Source: an uncultured Candidatus Saccharibacteria bacterium
Lineage (GTDB): Bacteria > Patescibacteriota > Doudnabacteria > UBA920
Direction of reading: 5' to 3'
DNA: 64,000 nucleotides
Assembly: GCA_964631145.1 (NCBI GenBank)
Contig: CAZVXT010000003.1
Location: forward strand, 2,750 to 66,749
A program made the translations under genes and the position numbers. Numbering within the stretch: the first letter of the stretch is position 1; the number at the start of each line of letters is the position of its first letter. Positions 21,645-31,334 of this stretch are shown one piece after another. The notes beneath the pieces were generated by a model that was not told the DNA's origin, made no database searches, and saw only the letters and a program-made list of their open reading frames with translations.

Positions 21645-22844
21645 ATGACTGATGTAAAAATTAACCCAAATACTCTTTGCGTTTGTGGTAGTGAAAAAAA
21701 ATTTAAGTATTGTTGTAGATATAAATATGCTGCAACTAATTTTCGAGTTCCCCAAGTACCAGTAGAAGTAGTGCAGTATTTTGCCAAAAAGAACCAAGAG
21801 CTCGAAACAATGAAAGCAATGGGAATACATATAAACTATGTTCGCCCTATTGTGCATCAAGGTGGAAAAATGTGGGTATTGGGTGACTGTGTATACAAGG
21901 GTCAGATAGGTGAGACCTTCCATGAATTTATCATTGGTGTTTTAGGTAGTACTTTGGGTAATGAATGGCTGCAGGCTCAGTTTGCTTTGCCAGAAAGCGA
22001 AAGACATTATATTGCTACTAGCTTTATAAAGTTTGAAGAGTGGAAGGCGAAAAATATATCAGTAACAGAAATAGTTATTAATGGACGAGCACATGCTACA
22101 TCTGATGGATGGACTAAAACTTTACTTGCTTTAGCTTTTGATATTGCTAGCTTGCAGCATACATTGCAATTGCCCAATAGTTTATTAGAGCGCCTTAAAG
22201 GCAAAGACTCTTACCAGGGGGCTCGTTATGAAATTGCAATTGCTGCAATTTTTGCAAGACTGGGTTGTAAAATTGAGTTCTTGGATGATGCTTTTCCTGC
22301 TCATTTAAAACACTGTGAATTTATTGCTACTCACAATGAAACTGGGGTTAAGGTTGCTGTGGAAGCGAAAAGTCGCCATAGGGAAGGCGTGCTGAATACA
22401 GCTGGAGAACAAGACGCAGAAAAAATTGTTAAGGGGGATGTTCGCAAGCTTGTAAAAAATGCTATGAAGCAAAACCCGAATGATGTACCGTTCATGGTTT
22501 TTGTGGATGTAAATGTTCCCATAGATGGTGCAGAGACATCCTTTGACAAAAAGTGGGTGCAAGACGTAATGAGTTTTATGACTAAACAAATTTGTTCACA
22601 AGAAGACCCGTCACCACATAATGGAGTCTTCTTCACTAACTATTCATTTCATTACCAAAATGAAGATGATGCAGTGAATGGTGAGAATTTAAGTGTAGTC
22701 CCTCAATTCTCAAGGTTTCCGTTACCTAACCCCGAGTTTTCTAGTATGCTATCGGCTGCACTTAGATATTATGGTAACATTCCGAATTTAGATGTCGATG
22801 ACGACTTAGATGAGAATGGTCGCTTGCGAAGTAGTCCTAACTAG
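21645..22844 (+). CDS. SEC-C metal-binding motif protein with a possible PD-(D/E)XK nuclease domain
   Basis: CVCGSEKKFKYCC at the N-terminus; E...CEF...VEAKS pattern. Confidence 0.7.
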   Translation: MTDVKINPNTLCVCGSEKKFKYCCRYKYAATNFRVPQVPVEVVQYFAKKNQELETMKAMGIHINYVRPIVHQGGKMWVLGDCVYKGQIGETFHEFIIGVLGSTLGNEWLQAQFALPESERHYIATSFIKFEEWKAKNISVTEIVINGRAHATSDGWTKTLLALAFDIASLQHTLQLPNSLLERLKGKDSYQGARYEIAIAAIFARLGCKIEFLDDAFPAHLKHCEFIATHNETGVKVAVEAKSRHREGVLNTAGEQDAEKIVKGDVRKLVKNAMKQNPNDVPFMVFVDVNVPIDGAETSFDKKWVQDVMSFMTKQICSQEDPSPHNGVFFTNYSFHYQNEDDAVNGENLSVVPQFSRFPLPNPEFSSMLSAALRYYGNIPNLDVDDDLDENGRLRSSPN

Positions 22845-22869
22845 ATGCTATAATATTATTACAATTTAA

Positions 22870-23021
22870 TTGCCTAAACCCACTGTGCAAGCATGGGCAT
22901 GGCAGTAAAACCTAAAGTATATAGAACCCTCGTCCAAGGGCTTACTTTAGGTAATACAGGGAAACTTGTATTGGTGTCGTAAGACATCTCTTGGCGGGGG
23001 CTTTGTGTTTTCCGTCAAAGA
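22870..23021 (+). ncRNA. Candidate structured RNA leader with GNRA tetraloops
   Basis: Five consecutive hairpins with loops GCAA, GAAA and GUAA; TGCTATAAT just upstream. Confidence 0.5.
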
Positions 23022-23030
23022 AAGGAAAAA

Positions 23031-23261
23031 ATGTTTAATAAAATAACTATGTCCTTAATAGCTGTCTCAGCCTTACTCTTTAGCATTAGCTATGCTTTTG
23101 GACAGTATGTGGAAGCCAAAGACCATAACTTAGCTGTATTAAAGCCGTTATTGGACTTATGTTTCAGTGCTGAAGGCTTGACTACTGAAACTGTTCAGCA
23201 GTGTACAGAATTAAATAAAAAACAATTTATTTTTAAGTACCCTGTTTTACCTCATAAATAA
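23031..23261 (+). CDS. Small secreted or membrane protein
   Basis: AAAGGA before the ATG; N-terminal hydrophobic segment. Confidence 0.6.
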   Translation: MFNKITMSLIAVSALLFSISYAFGQYVEAKDHNLAVLKPLLDLCFSAEGLTTETVQQCTELNKKQFIFKYPVLPHK

Positions 23262-23822
23262 GCTACTTATTTTACCTAAAATTGTAAATATAAAGTGAGT
23301 AGTTTTTAAATTAACTGATATAATATAGATAACTGAATAACCGACATACACCCCACTTTGGGGGTATTGTCGGTTTTTTAATTAAATAGGCTAGTATTTG
23401 CAAGAAGAGTTCACTGATAACTGGATAGAGCCATAAGCTTGCAAAACTATCCAGCTATCAGTGAATTTTTATTTGTTTTGCTTTGCCCTATTAGTTTATC
23501 CGTAGCTAACAGGGCAGGGGTAAAGTAAGTAATACTTCGTCTCCCTCCAGTCTCTACAAGACAGCTTACGGACGTAAAAAGAGTAAGTGGCACGTGTGCC
23601 AGATAACGAAAACCTCATAATTGGCAAATTTTACGTATAAACATTGTATTTAGTGATAACTTCCAGCTGGGAGTGTGGCAGAGAAAGGCTGTAATTCCTT
23701 TCCCACCTATAGTAAGTAGTATAAATAATGAATAATGTATTGGTGTATATGTCTATTAGGAAGTGGCTTGTGGGTGGTGGGGGTTATGTATACTTATATA
23801 CTTATTATTAATATGTAGAAAA

Positions 23823-23990
23823 ATGAAAAACAAAAACTACAAGAAAACCCGGTTTAAGAAACTTATCCGTATTGCTCCAAAACAGTTAGAGTATGTGCGT
23901 GATATTAGAGCAGGTTATACATTAGCTGGTAGGCTAGATGAAATAATAAACTTTTACCGCAAGTATAAGAAAAATTCTCCTACTTCTTGA
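23823..23990 (+). CDS. Small basic putative DNA-binding protein
   Basis: MKNKNYKKTRFKKLIRIAPKQLEYVRDIRAGYTLAGRLDEIINFY looks ribbon-helix-helix-like. Confidence 0.45.
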   Translation: MKNKNYKKTRFKKLIRIAPKQLEYVRDIRAGYTLAGRLDEIINFYRKYKKNSPTS

Positions 23991-24072
23991 GAAAAACAGC
24001 ATTTTTGATATAATAAAGGAAATTAATGCTAGCATAAGAAACTAGCTTTTATTTCTTTCAACAAATAGTGAA

Positions 24073-24259
24073 CACCTCCTTTCTAAGGAATATTTCGCTT
24101 CTTGTTCGTTTTTCGAAACAGCAAGTGCGACAATAAAGCTAGTTTGTTTTAAACAAACAGCTCCGTTGGTCGTCGTTAATTTTTCCGAAAATTAGCGCAT
24201 CTTTCAAAAGACTTGTAGTCGGTTCATTTCAGTCACTATGTAGTTGTGAAAAAATAAAA
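24073..24259 (+). repeat. 187-bp direct repeat copy 2 (att junction)
   Basis: Identical to 19157-19343 and followed by terminator caccc-atta-gggtg-T7. Confidence 0.93.
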
Positions 24260-24363
24260 TTCACCCATTAGGGTGTTTTTTTGTTGCCTAATTTATCTGG
24301 ATATTATTTAAATTTAAAACAGATTTTATCTAATAGGTTGTATTCTTAAAATATAAAATATCA

Positions 24364-25479
24364 ATGGAGGATTTTATGAAGATAATGTTTGCTTGCTTAT
24401 TGAGTTATGTATTTGTTTTAAATATATTTGCACAAGCAGTAGGTGTAATGCCTTTAGTAGGTGTTAAGCAATATAATGGAACTTATGCAGGGAGTTTTGG
24501 CACAGGTATTTTTGGTTATAGCACTTTATACCGTGATAATCAGGATAATGGTTTAACAAGTGGATGTAGGGGTGATGGTTGTGGTCGTCACCCAGGAGTA
24601 GATATTCCTGTATCGTCAGGAACATCAGTTTATTCTGCTTTAAATGGACAGGTTGTTATTTCTCGCTGCGATCCCACATGGGGAGGTTTAATTGTCATCA
24701 AAGCCCGTAATCCATACACTTTAGATGAGCCTATAAATATAATTTATGGGCACCTTTCTAATAGAGTGACGCAAAATGGTAGTAGTATTGTTGCAGGGAT
24801 GTATGTAAACGCTGGCGATAAAATTGGTAATAGTGGCGGCAGGTCAGGCATCGATCCATGCAGTGGCAGATCTACTGGGGCTCATTTACATTTTCAAATT
24901 GATAAAAACATCGGAAGTTATGAACCATACTTTCCAAATTTAAACAGTTTAAATTACTCTGATCAAAACTATGAAGTTTCTAGTCGCACGTATAATCCAA
25001 TCGTCTTTTTACAAGGTGGTTATAAGTGGAGCTTCGGAGAAATTAATAACCGTGAGTTGTGGGACATTTTTAATTTTCAAAGCTTTGGTGTTTCTGGCGA
25101 TGCTTTGTGGTTAGACGGATCGCAGGATCCATACATACAACATGGAGGTTTTACTAACTGCGGGTTAAGTGTGAAATGTAGTAGCGGTTTAAGCATAGAA
25201 GCTTCGCAGGCAAAATACCTAACAATGGATATGTATAATCGATGTGTGAGTGGTTTGGGTAAAATTTATTTTACCACTAATCAAGAACCATTTTTTGATG
25301 AAATCAAAACTTTATCATATATAGTTGTTTCTACAGGAGCATTGCAGCCAAAAATTTATACACTCAACCATTATAAATGGCGTGGGTTAATTACTGGGTT
25401 GCGAATAGACCCTGCAGAAAATTGTTCTCCTGCTTTTGACCCTAATTATTTTGGCGAAATAAAACTATCGTGGCAGTAA
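24364..25479 (+). CDS. Secreted M23-family metallopeptidase
   Basis: Motifs HPGVDI, YGHL and GAHLHF; signal peptide. Confidence 0.85.
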   Translation: MEDFMKIMFACLLSYVFVLNIFAQAVGVMPLVGVKQYNGTYAGSFGTGIFGYSTLYRDNQDNGLTSGCRGDGCGRHPGVDIPVSSGTSVYSALNGQVVISRCDPTWGGLIVIKARNPYTLDEPINIIYGHLSNRVTQNGSSIVAGMYVNAGDKIGNSGGRSGIDPCSGRSTGAHLHFQIDKNIGSYEPYFPNLNSLNYSDQNYEVSSRTYNPIVFLQGGYKWSFGEINNRELWDIFNFQSFGVSGDALWLDGSQDPYIQHGGFTNCGLSVKCSSGLSIEASQAKYLTMDMYNRCVSGLGKIYFTTNQEPFFDEIKTLSYIVVSTGALQPKIYTLNHYKWRGLITGLRIDPAENCSPAFDPNYFGEIKLSWQ

Positions 25480-25588
25480 ATTATTATCAAGTATTTTTAA
25501 AGCCGGGATTTATCCTTGGCTTTTTATTTTTAGAATAATTTATATTTAAAATTTTCAGATTTACTCGATAAGTAATTTATTGTATAAT

Positions 25589-26338
25589 ATGTTTATGATA
25601 TATACTTATTTATACACGTTTTTAAGTGTTGCGGTGGTCAGTGTTGTTTCTTTAATAGGTATTTTTACGATCGGTATAAATGAATCTTTCTTGCGTAAAG
25701 TTTTGCAGTATGTAATTAGTTTTTCTGCTGGAGCTTTGCTGGGAGATGTGTTCTTACATGTTTTGCCAGAGATGGGTCAAGATGGGTTTGCTATTAAATC
25801 CGGATTGTATTTATTATTAGGCATAGTAATATTTTTCTTATTAGAAAAATATATTTTATGGCACCATGATCATGGTGAGCATGAAGAGTCTGTACATTCT
25901 ACAACTTACTTAACTATATTCGGGGATGCTTTGCATAACTTTATTGATGGACTTATAATTGCTGCAAGTTTTTTGGTAAGTATACCACTTGGGATTACAA
26001 CTACTATTGCAGTTGTGTTCCACGAAATACCTCAAGAAATTGGACAGTTTGCAATTTTAATCCATGGTGGTTGGAGTAAAGCAAAAGCTCTTTGGTATAA
26101 TTTTGTTTCTGCGGTTACATCAGTGCTTGGAGCTGCGGTAGTGTTATTTTTAGCTCCACAGTTAAAAGATGCGCCTATGGCATTGTTGTCATTCGCAGCC
26201 GCTAGTTTTATTTATATAGCTATGTCAGATATTATCCCAGAATTACATAAAGAAAAAAATATAAAAAAATCTTTATGGCAAGTTTTTTCTTTTGTGATAG
26301 GGGTTATGGTTATGCTTTTATTAATTTATTTAGAATAA
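25589..26338 (+). CDS. ZIP-family metal transporter
   Basis: Motifs GDALHNFIDG and HEIPQEIG; His-rich loop. Confidence 0.92.
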   Translation: MFMIYTYLYTFLSVAVVSVVSLIGIFTIGINESFLRKVLQYVISFSAGALLGDVFLHVLPEMGQDGFAIKSGLYLLLGIVIFFLLEKYILWHHDHGEHEESVHSTTYLTIFGDALHNFIDGLIIAASFLVSIPLGITTTIAVVFHEIPQEIGQFAILIHGGWSKAKALWYNFVSAVTSVLGAAVVLFLAPQLKDAPMALLSFAAASFIYIAMSDIIPELHKEKNIKKSLWQVFSFVIGVMVMLLLIYLE

Positions 26339-26506
26339 ATGCTAAATACTAAAATAGAACCTAAAGGTGAACGTTGGTTTATTTGGACAATGGTATTTCT
26401 ATTGGTTTCTGGGGTGTCGTTGGTTAGTTATATTATGATTACAGATATCGGTAATACTCAAGTAACAGATATAACGGCTAGTTTTATTAAAGTAAGACAC
26501 CGTTAA
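26339..26506 (+). CDS. Small single-TM protein (55 aa, not in the ORF track)
   Basis: MLNTKIEPKGERWFIWTMVFLLVSGVSLVSYIMI... starts directly after the ZIP stop and is followed by a terminator. Confidence 0.6.
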   Translation: MLNTKIEPKGERWFIWTMVFLLVSGVSLVSYIMITDIGNTQVTDITASFIKVRHR

Positions 26507-26612
26507 TAAAAATCAGCCTCTAAGAGGTTGATTTTTTTTGTTAACTATGATATAATAACTATATAGTTAAGTGATTAGCAAAGCTAATAACGAAACAAAA
26601 ACAAAAATACAA

Positions 26613-27896
26613 ATGAATAATCTTTACTCAGCTGTTGAATGGCAAAGTTTTTTTGACTTTTCTATTCCAACTTTTGCTAAATGGGGGAGAGGCGTTAGAA
26701 ATCATATAATCCCTCATGAGCAAAACAATTATCATCCTCACATATTAAGCCATCGTTTGTTGGCTTTGTTTTCGGTACTAGCAGTAACAATTAAAATTGC
26801 CAGTATTTCTTTTGTTGCTCTTGGTCCTGTAACAACAGCAGAGGCTTCTGTTATTTCTTCTGAAACTGTATTAAGCTTAACTAACTCTGCTCGTACTGAA
26901 AATTCTTTATCAGAATTAAAGATGAGTGGATTGCTTTCTAAGGCAGCGCAGAATAAAGCTGATGACATGTTGGCTAAACAATATTTTTCTCACAACACTC
27001 CTGAGGGAAATACACCTTGGACTTTTATCAAGACAGTTGGCTATAGCTATACTACAGCAGGAGAAAATTTGGCTATAGATTTTTCTGATGCTGAAAGTGT
27101 TCAAACAGCTTGGATGAATAGTCCAGGACATCGAGCAAATATTTTAAACAAAAACTTTAAAGAAATAGGAATAGGTATTGCTAAAGGAATGTTTGACAAT
27201 CATCAAACCACAATTGTTGTTCAGATGTTTGGAACTCCAATCGCACAGCAGTTAGATTTGAAGTCAGAGGTAACTCATGTTGAAGAAGCAAAGCCTGTAC
27301 AAAATGTAGAGGCTGATCAGCCTTCTGCTGTTGCAGTAAGCGAGAAGTCAAAAACAGTTTACACCGCTCCTCTTGTACCAAATACTGTTTCTCAACCAGT
27401 TGCTGATCGATCTCAAGATTTAAAAATAGTTGAAACAAAAACTTCTTTGCAAGGTGACAATTTTAATATAGAAGTTGACACTTTGGGCAACATTGCAAAG
27501 CTGATGGTCTTTTATGGAAACAAGTCAGTTATACTTCAACCTATTAGTAATAATTTATGGCAGGGTCAAATCAAGATGGCTAACATAGGACCATTTGATA
27601 ACATGTATGTTCAGGCTTCTGATATTAATGGTAATATGCACCAAGAACCAATAGCTCAATTTTCTTCTCATCTTACAGGTGTAAAACCTGGAGAAGTAGA
27701 GGGTGCAACAGTTACGGTTTTGGGTAATCATATTAATGTAGGATTTTTGGAAGAACGTGCATTTATGATTATGCTCGCTGGTTTATTGGTAGCACTGATT
27801 TTGGCTATCGCTATTAAGAGGCACATTCAACATTTAAGCTTGATAGCCAATACTTCTTTTGTGGCTATCCTTATAGCAATGCTAATGATGGTTTAA
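26613..27896 (+). CDS. CAP/SCP domain membrane protein
   Basis: Motifs YFSH, AGENLA, WMNSPGHRANIL and VQMFG. Confidence 0.88.
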   Translation: MNNLYSAVEWQSFFDFSIPTFAKWGRGVRNHIIPHEQNNYHPHILSHRLLALFSVLAVTIKIASISFVALGPVTTAEASVISSETVLSLTNSARTENSLSELKMSGLLSKAAQNKADDMLAKQYFSHNTPEGNTPWTFIKTVGYSYTTAGENLAIDFSDAESVQTAWMNSPGHRANILNKNFKEIGIGIAKGMFDNHQTTIVVQMFGTPIAQQLDLKSEVTHVEEAKPVQNVEADQPSAVAVSEKSKTVYTAPLVPNTVSQPVADRSQDLKIVETKTSLQGDNFNIEVDTLGNIAKLMVFYGNKSVILQPISNNLWQGQIKMANIGPFDNMYVQASDINGNMHQEPIAQFSSHLTGVKPGEVEGATVTVLGNHINVGFLEERAFMIMLAGLLVALILAIAIKRHIQHLSLIANTSFVAILIAMLMMV

Positions 27897-27955
27897 ATTA
27901 TAAAATATAATTTTATTGATAATATAAAAAAACTCCATTTGGAGTTTTTTTATTC

Positions 27956-28032
27956 TGGTGGGCGTGCCAGGAATTGAACCTGGGACCTCGTCATTATCAG
28001 TGACGCGCTCTAACCAACTGAGCTACACGCCC
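27956..28032 (-). tRNA. tRNA-Ile(GAT)
   Basis: Canonical cloverleaf, anticodon loop CT-GAT-AA, encoded CCA. Confidence 0.97.
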
Positions 28033-28081
28033 AAATTAGATACTTGGGTATTTTAGCAATAATATCAAAAAAAATCAACGG

Positions 28082-28321
28082 CTAATTTTGTGGCATTGCT
28101 ATACTGGCAGTTCCAAAATCAAGCACTCCTCCCATCCATAAAACTGCTAAAATCATAAAAGCCAATCCCAATAGCTTGTAAAAAGTATAAGTACCTCCAA
28201 AGGTAGGGGTTATATACTGTTCAGCAAAATCTAATTTACCACTTTGGTATGTTATCCATACTGAGTATTTCATCAATAAAAAGCCAATAACAATTAGAAT
28301 AGGTCCTAATATAAATCTCAT
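28082..28321 (-). CDS. Small membrane protein
   Basis: MRFILGPILI... with two TM segments. Confidence 0.65.
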   Translation of the reverse strand: MRFILGPILIVIGFLLMKYSVWITYQSGKLDFAEQYITPTFGGTYTFYKLLGLAFMILAVLWMGGVLDFGTASIAMPQN

Positions 28322-28428
28322 ACTATATATTATATCATTTGATTTTAAAATATTTTTGATTTTGAAACAGTTTACTAGCATTTTCGATATACATAGTATA
28401 AGCATTAATATAATAAGGAGCTAAAATT

Positions 28429-28611
28429 ATGGCAAAATATGGAAAAGCTGCTCAAAATAAAATTGAAAAAGTAATGCATGAATTTAAGAAAGGTGATTTA
28501 AAAAGTGGTCGTAGTGGTAAGACGGTAAAAAATCCTAAGCAGGCAGTGGCTATTGGTATTTCTGAAGCTAAAGAAATGGGTGCTAAAGTACCAAAGAAGA
28601 AAAAACAATAA
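28429..28611 (+). CDS. DUF6496-like small basic protein
   Basis: KVMHEFKKGDLKSG..KQAVAIGISEA. Confidence 0.8.
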   Translation: MAKYGKAAQNKIEKVMHEFKKGDLKSGRSGKTVKNPKQAVAIGISEAKEMGAKVPKKKKQ

Positions 28612-28655
28612 ATACAATTTATAATAAAAAACCCGCCTAATGGCGGGTTTTTTTA

Positions 28656-28731
28656 TGGTGGACCCCAGCGGACTCGAACCGCTCACCTCCTCGGTGCAAA
28701 CGAGGCGCTCTACCAGATGAGCTAGGGGCCC
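28656..28731 (-). tRNA. tRNA-Ala(TGC)
   Basis: Canonical cloverleaf, G3:U70 pair, anticodon loop TT-TGC-AC, encoded CCA. Confidence 0.97.
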
Positions 28732-28843
28732 TTTTATATAAATTTCTAACTTACTTATTATAGCAAGGCGATTTAATTTTGACAATACTTGGATTATCTA
28801 TTATTCTAATTTTGAGAAAACCTTACAAGAAACAAAAAATAAA

Positions 28844-29854
28844 ATGTGGTTTGGAAAAGATAAATCTATTTTAGGTATTGATATTGGCACCTCTACTATT
28901 AAGATGGTCCAAATTGATCAAGATAAAAAATCCCTTAAAACTTACGGGATTGTTGATTTGATTGAGCCTATTACAGCTCAAACGAGTACAGAAGTTATTG
29001 ATCAAACAGCACAATTATTGTCTAGTTTGATATCAAAAGCTGGAGCAACTACTAGAAAGAGCGCTGTTAGTTTGCCAAATTCGGCAGTTTTTACTTCAGT
29101 TATAGAATTGCCAAAAATGGCAGATAGTGAATTAGAGCAAGCTTTAGGTTTTGAAGCAAAAAAATACATACCACTTCCTTTATCAGAAGTTTCTTTAACA
29201 TGGACAAATATCGCAGATGATGCGGCGACAAGTACAATGAAAATTTTGTTAATTGCCGTTCCAAAAATGACTAGAGATGTATTTTTGAAAATATTTCAGC
29301 AAGCAGGACTTGATTTAGAAGTTGTAGAGATAGAACCATTAGCACTTGTCCGCAGTTTAGTCACAGATATTTCAAAGAATGATGTTATAATTGATATAGG
29401 TGCAAAAGTTACTGCAATTAATTTTATTAAACAAGGTTTGTTGCAGTTAACAAGAACGATAAATGTTGGCGGCGATACTCTTACAGATAAAATTGCACAG
29501 AGCTTAAATTTACAATTTGATAGAGCAGAACAATTTAAGAGAGACTTTGGTTTAAATAATACAGAATTTTTACCAGAAACTTTAAAGCCTGTACTCTCTA
29601 GTATTAAGCAAGAAGTTAAGCAAGTTATAGATATTTACAAATCTCATAGTATAAATACTGATCGCATTGTTTTGGTTGGTGGTGGATCACAGATGCCAGG
29701 TATAACAGAATTTTTTAAAGATTTGGTACCAGAAGTGGTATTGGGAAGCGTTTTGTCCCGAATTAATTATGATTCAAATATTGAATCTCCTTTAAAAAGG
29801 TATAGTACTCAACTGCCAATAGCTATAGGTTTGGCATTGAGAGAAAACGACTAA
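28844..29854 (+). CDS. pilM: Type IV pilus assembly protein PilM
   Basis: LGIDIG actin-like fold, LVGGGS and AIGLALR. Confidence 0.92.
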   Translation: MWFGKDKSILGIDIGTSTIKMVQIDQDKKSLKTYGIVDLIEPITAQTSTEVIDQTAQLLSSLISKAGATTRKSAVSLPNSAVFTSVIELPKMADSELEQALGFEAKKYIPLPLSEVSLTWTNIADDAATSTMKILLIAVPKMTRDVFLKIFQQAGLDLEVVEIEPLALVRSLVTDISKNDVIIDIGAKVTAINFIKQGLLQLTRTINVGGDTLTDKIAQSLNLQFDRAEQFKRDFGLNNTEFLPETLKPVLSSIKQEVKQVIDIYKSHSINTDRIVLVGGGSQMPGITEFFKDLVPEVVLGSVLSRINYDSNIESPLKRYSTQLPIAIGLALREND

Positions 29855-29855
29855 A

Positions 29856-30440
29856 ATGGCAGATATTAATTTATTAAATCCAGAAAATTCTACATCTACA
29901 GCCCTCAGGGTTTCTACTGAGCGCATTTTTGAAAGACTTATGATGGCTTTAGTTATTTTGCTTATTGCTGCTTACGGGGTGTTTATTGGATTAAATTATT
30001 TAAATCAAAAGCAAATTGATAAAGAAGAGGCAACTGTAAAGTCTTTCCAGTCAGAAATTAGCAGCAATTCTAAAAGACAAGAGTTGATTACTAGGCAAGG
30101 GCAAGTAGAGGAAGTTAATAAGCTTTTGGCTAAACATATGTATTGGTCCAAGCTCCTGCCAGAATTATCTAGAGTGACTTTAAAGTCTGCTAATTATTCT
30201 GGTATGCAAGTTGCTGGGGATGGTAGTTTGGATTTGACTGTTACAACGCCAAGTTATTCTGATGCAGAAAAGTTTTTGCAGGTTTTTGATTTGCCTGAAT
30301 ATAACAAGATGTTTTCTAACGTCAAAATTATGTCTTTAAGCCGAACTCAAAAAGATCAACAACTCCAAACAATCATGAGAATTAAGCTAACAATCAATCC
30401 AGAATTATTCTCTAGTAAGCCTTTATATAACAATAATTAA
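29856..30440 (+). CDS. pilN: PilN-like protein
   Basis: INLL motif plus TM, directly after pilM. Confidence 0.8.
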   Translation: MADINLLNPENSTSTALRVSTERIFERLMMALVILLIAAYGVFIGLNYLNQKQIDKEEATVKSFQSEISSNSKRQELITRQGQVEEVNKLLAKHMYWSKLLPELSRVTLKSANYSGMQVAGDGSLDLTVTTPSYSDAEKFLQVFDLPEYNKMFSNVKIMSLSRTQKDQQLQTIMRIKLTINPELFSSKPLYNNN

Positions 30441-30447
30441 TAGCAAC

Positions 30448-31056
30448 ATGAGTACCTTTAAAGAAAGATTAAATAGCATGCCAAGGGCGCAGCTTGGAAA
30501 CCCGTTGATGCATATCATTGTTTTGGCAGTTATTGCTGGATTGTTTACTTGGTTTATATTGATTCCTAAATATCAAGCTTATAGTGCTAATAAAGATCGC
30601 TTGGATGGTATGCAAAAGCAAAGATTGTCTTTGCAAAATGACACCAAAGACCTAAATAGACTTATAGAGTCTTTAGATTCTTCTAAAGAAGATGTTAAAT
30701 TGTTGGATGAAGCATTGCCTTTATCTGACCGTGCAACTCGCACTAGCGTATTAATAGAGAATTATGCAATATCTTCTGGGTTGCAATTAGCTCAGTTAAA
30801 TGTAGATGGAATAGAAGATACTCTAAGTGCTGGTAATAAAAAAGATTTAACAACCCCTTACGATCAACAAAGAAAGCTAACACCTTCAAGGATGACTGTG
30901 TCTGTTACAGGTACAGTCGAGCAATTTAGAAATTTCTTAGAATTGTTAGAAAAATCTGGACGTATTATTGATGTTGAAAATTTGGATGTTGTAACTAGCG
31001 AATCATTAGTAAAGTTTACAGTTATACTTAATACTTATTCTTATCTAGCCCAGTAA
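30448..31056 (+). CDS. pilO: PilO-like protein
   Basis: TM plus coiled coil and FLELLEKSGRII; synteny. Confidence 0.8.
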   Translation: MSTFKERLNSMPRAQLGNPLMHIIVLAVIAGLFTWFILIPKYQAYSANKDRLDGMQKQRLSLQNDTKDLNRLIESLDSSKEDVKLLDEALPLSDRATRTSVLIENYAISSGLQLAQLNVDGIEDTLSAGNKKDLTTPYDQQRKLTPSRMTVSVTGTVEQFRNFLELLEKSGRIIDVENLDVVTSESLVKFTVILNTYSYLAQ

Positions 31057-31057
31057 T

Positions 31058-31333
31058 ATGACTAAAAAACAAATTTTTGCATTAATTGTAATCATTATAT
31101 CTTTTGGCGGAGCTATTGTTATGGCTTTTTTGACCTGGCGCCAGTTAACACCGCGTAATAAATTTTCACTTACTCAAAATGCAGTCACTCAATCTGGGAG
31201 CGCTATTTTACCAAAAGGTAATCAATTAGACTTTGATTCTTTAAAGAACTTCAATTCTAATAAAACGCTATTTCCTTATCCTGTGGTCAATCCTTCCGAA
31301 GTCGGTAGTACTTTAAATAATTTGATTAAATAA
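31058..31333 (+). CDS. Small membrane protein in the pilus operon
   Basis: Single TM; tightly packed with neighbours. Confidence 0.7.
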   Translation: MTKKQIFALIVIIISFGGAIVMAFLTWRQLTPRNKFSLTQNAVTQSGSAILPKGNQLDFDSLKNFNSNKTLFPYPVVNPSEVGSTLNNLIK

Positions 31334-31334
31334 G

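Noticed and set aside
24073-24259. Second 16S gene
   Set aside because: Only the last 10 nt of 16S plus the trailer are repeated.
28498-28785. 95-aa minus-strand ORF
   Set aside because: Overlaps tRNA-Ala and a terminator.
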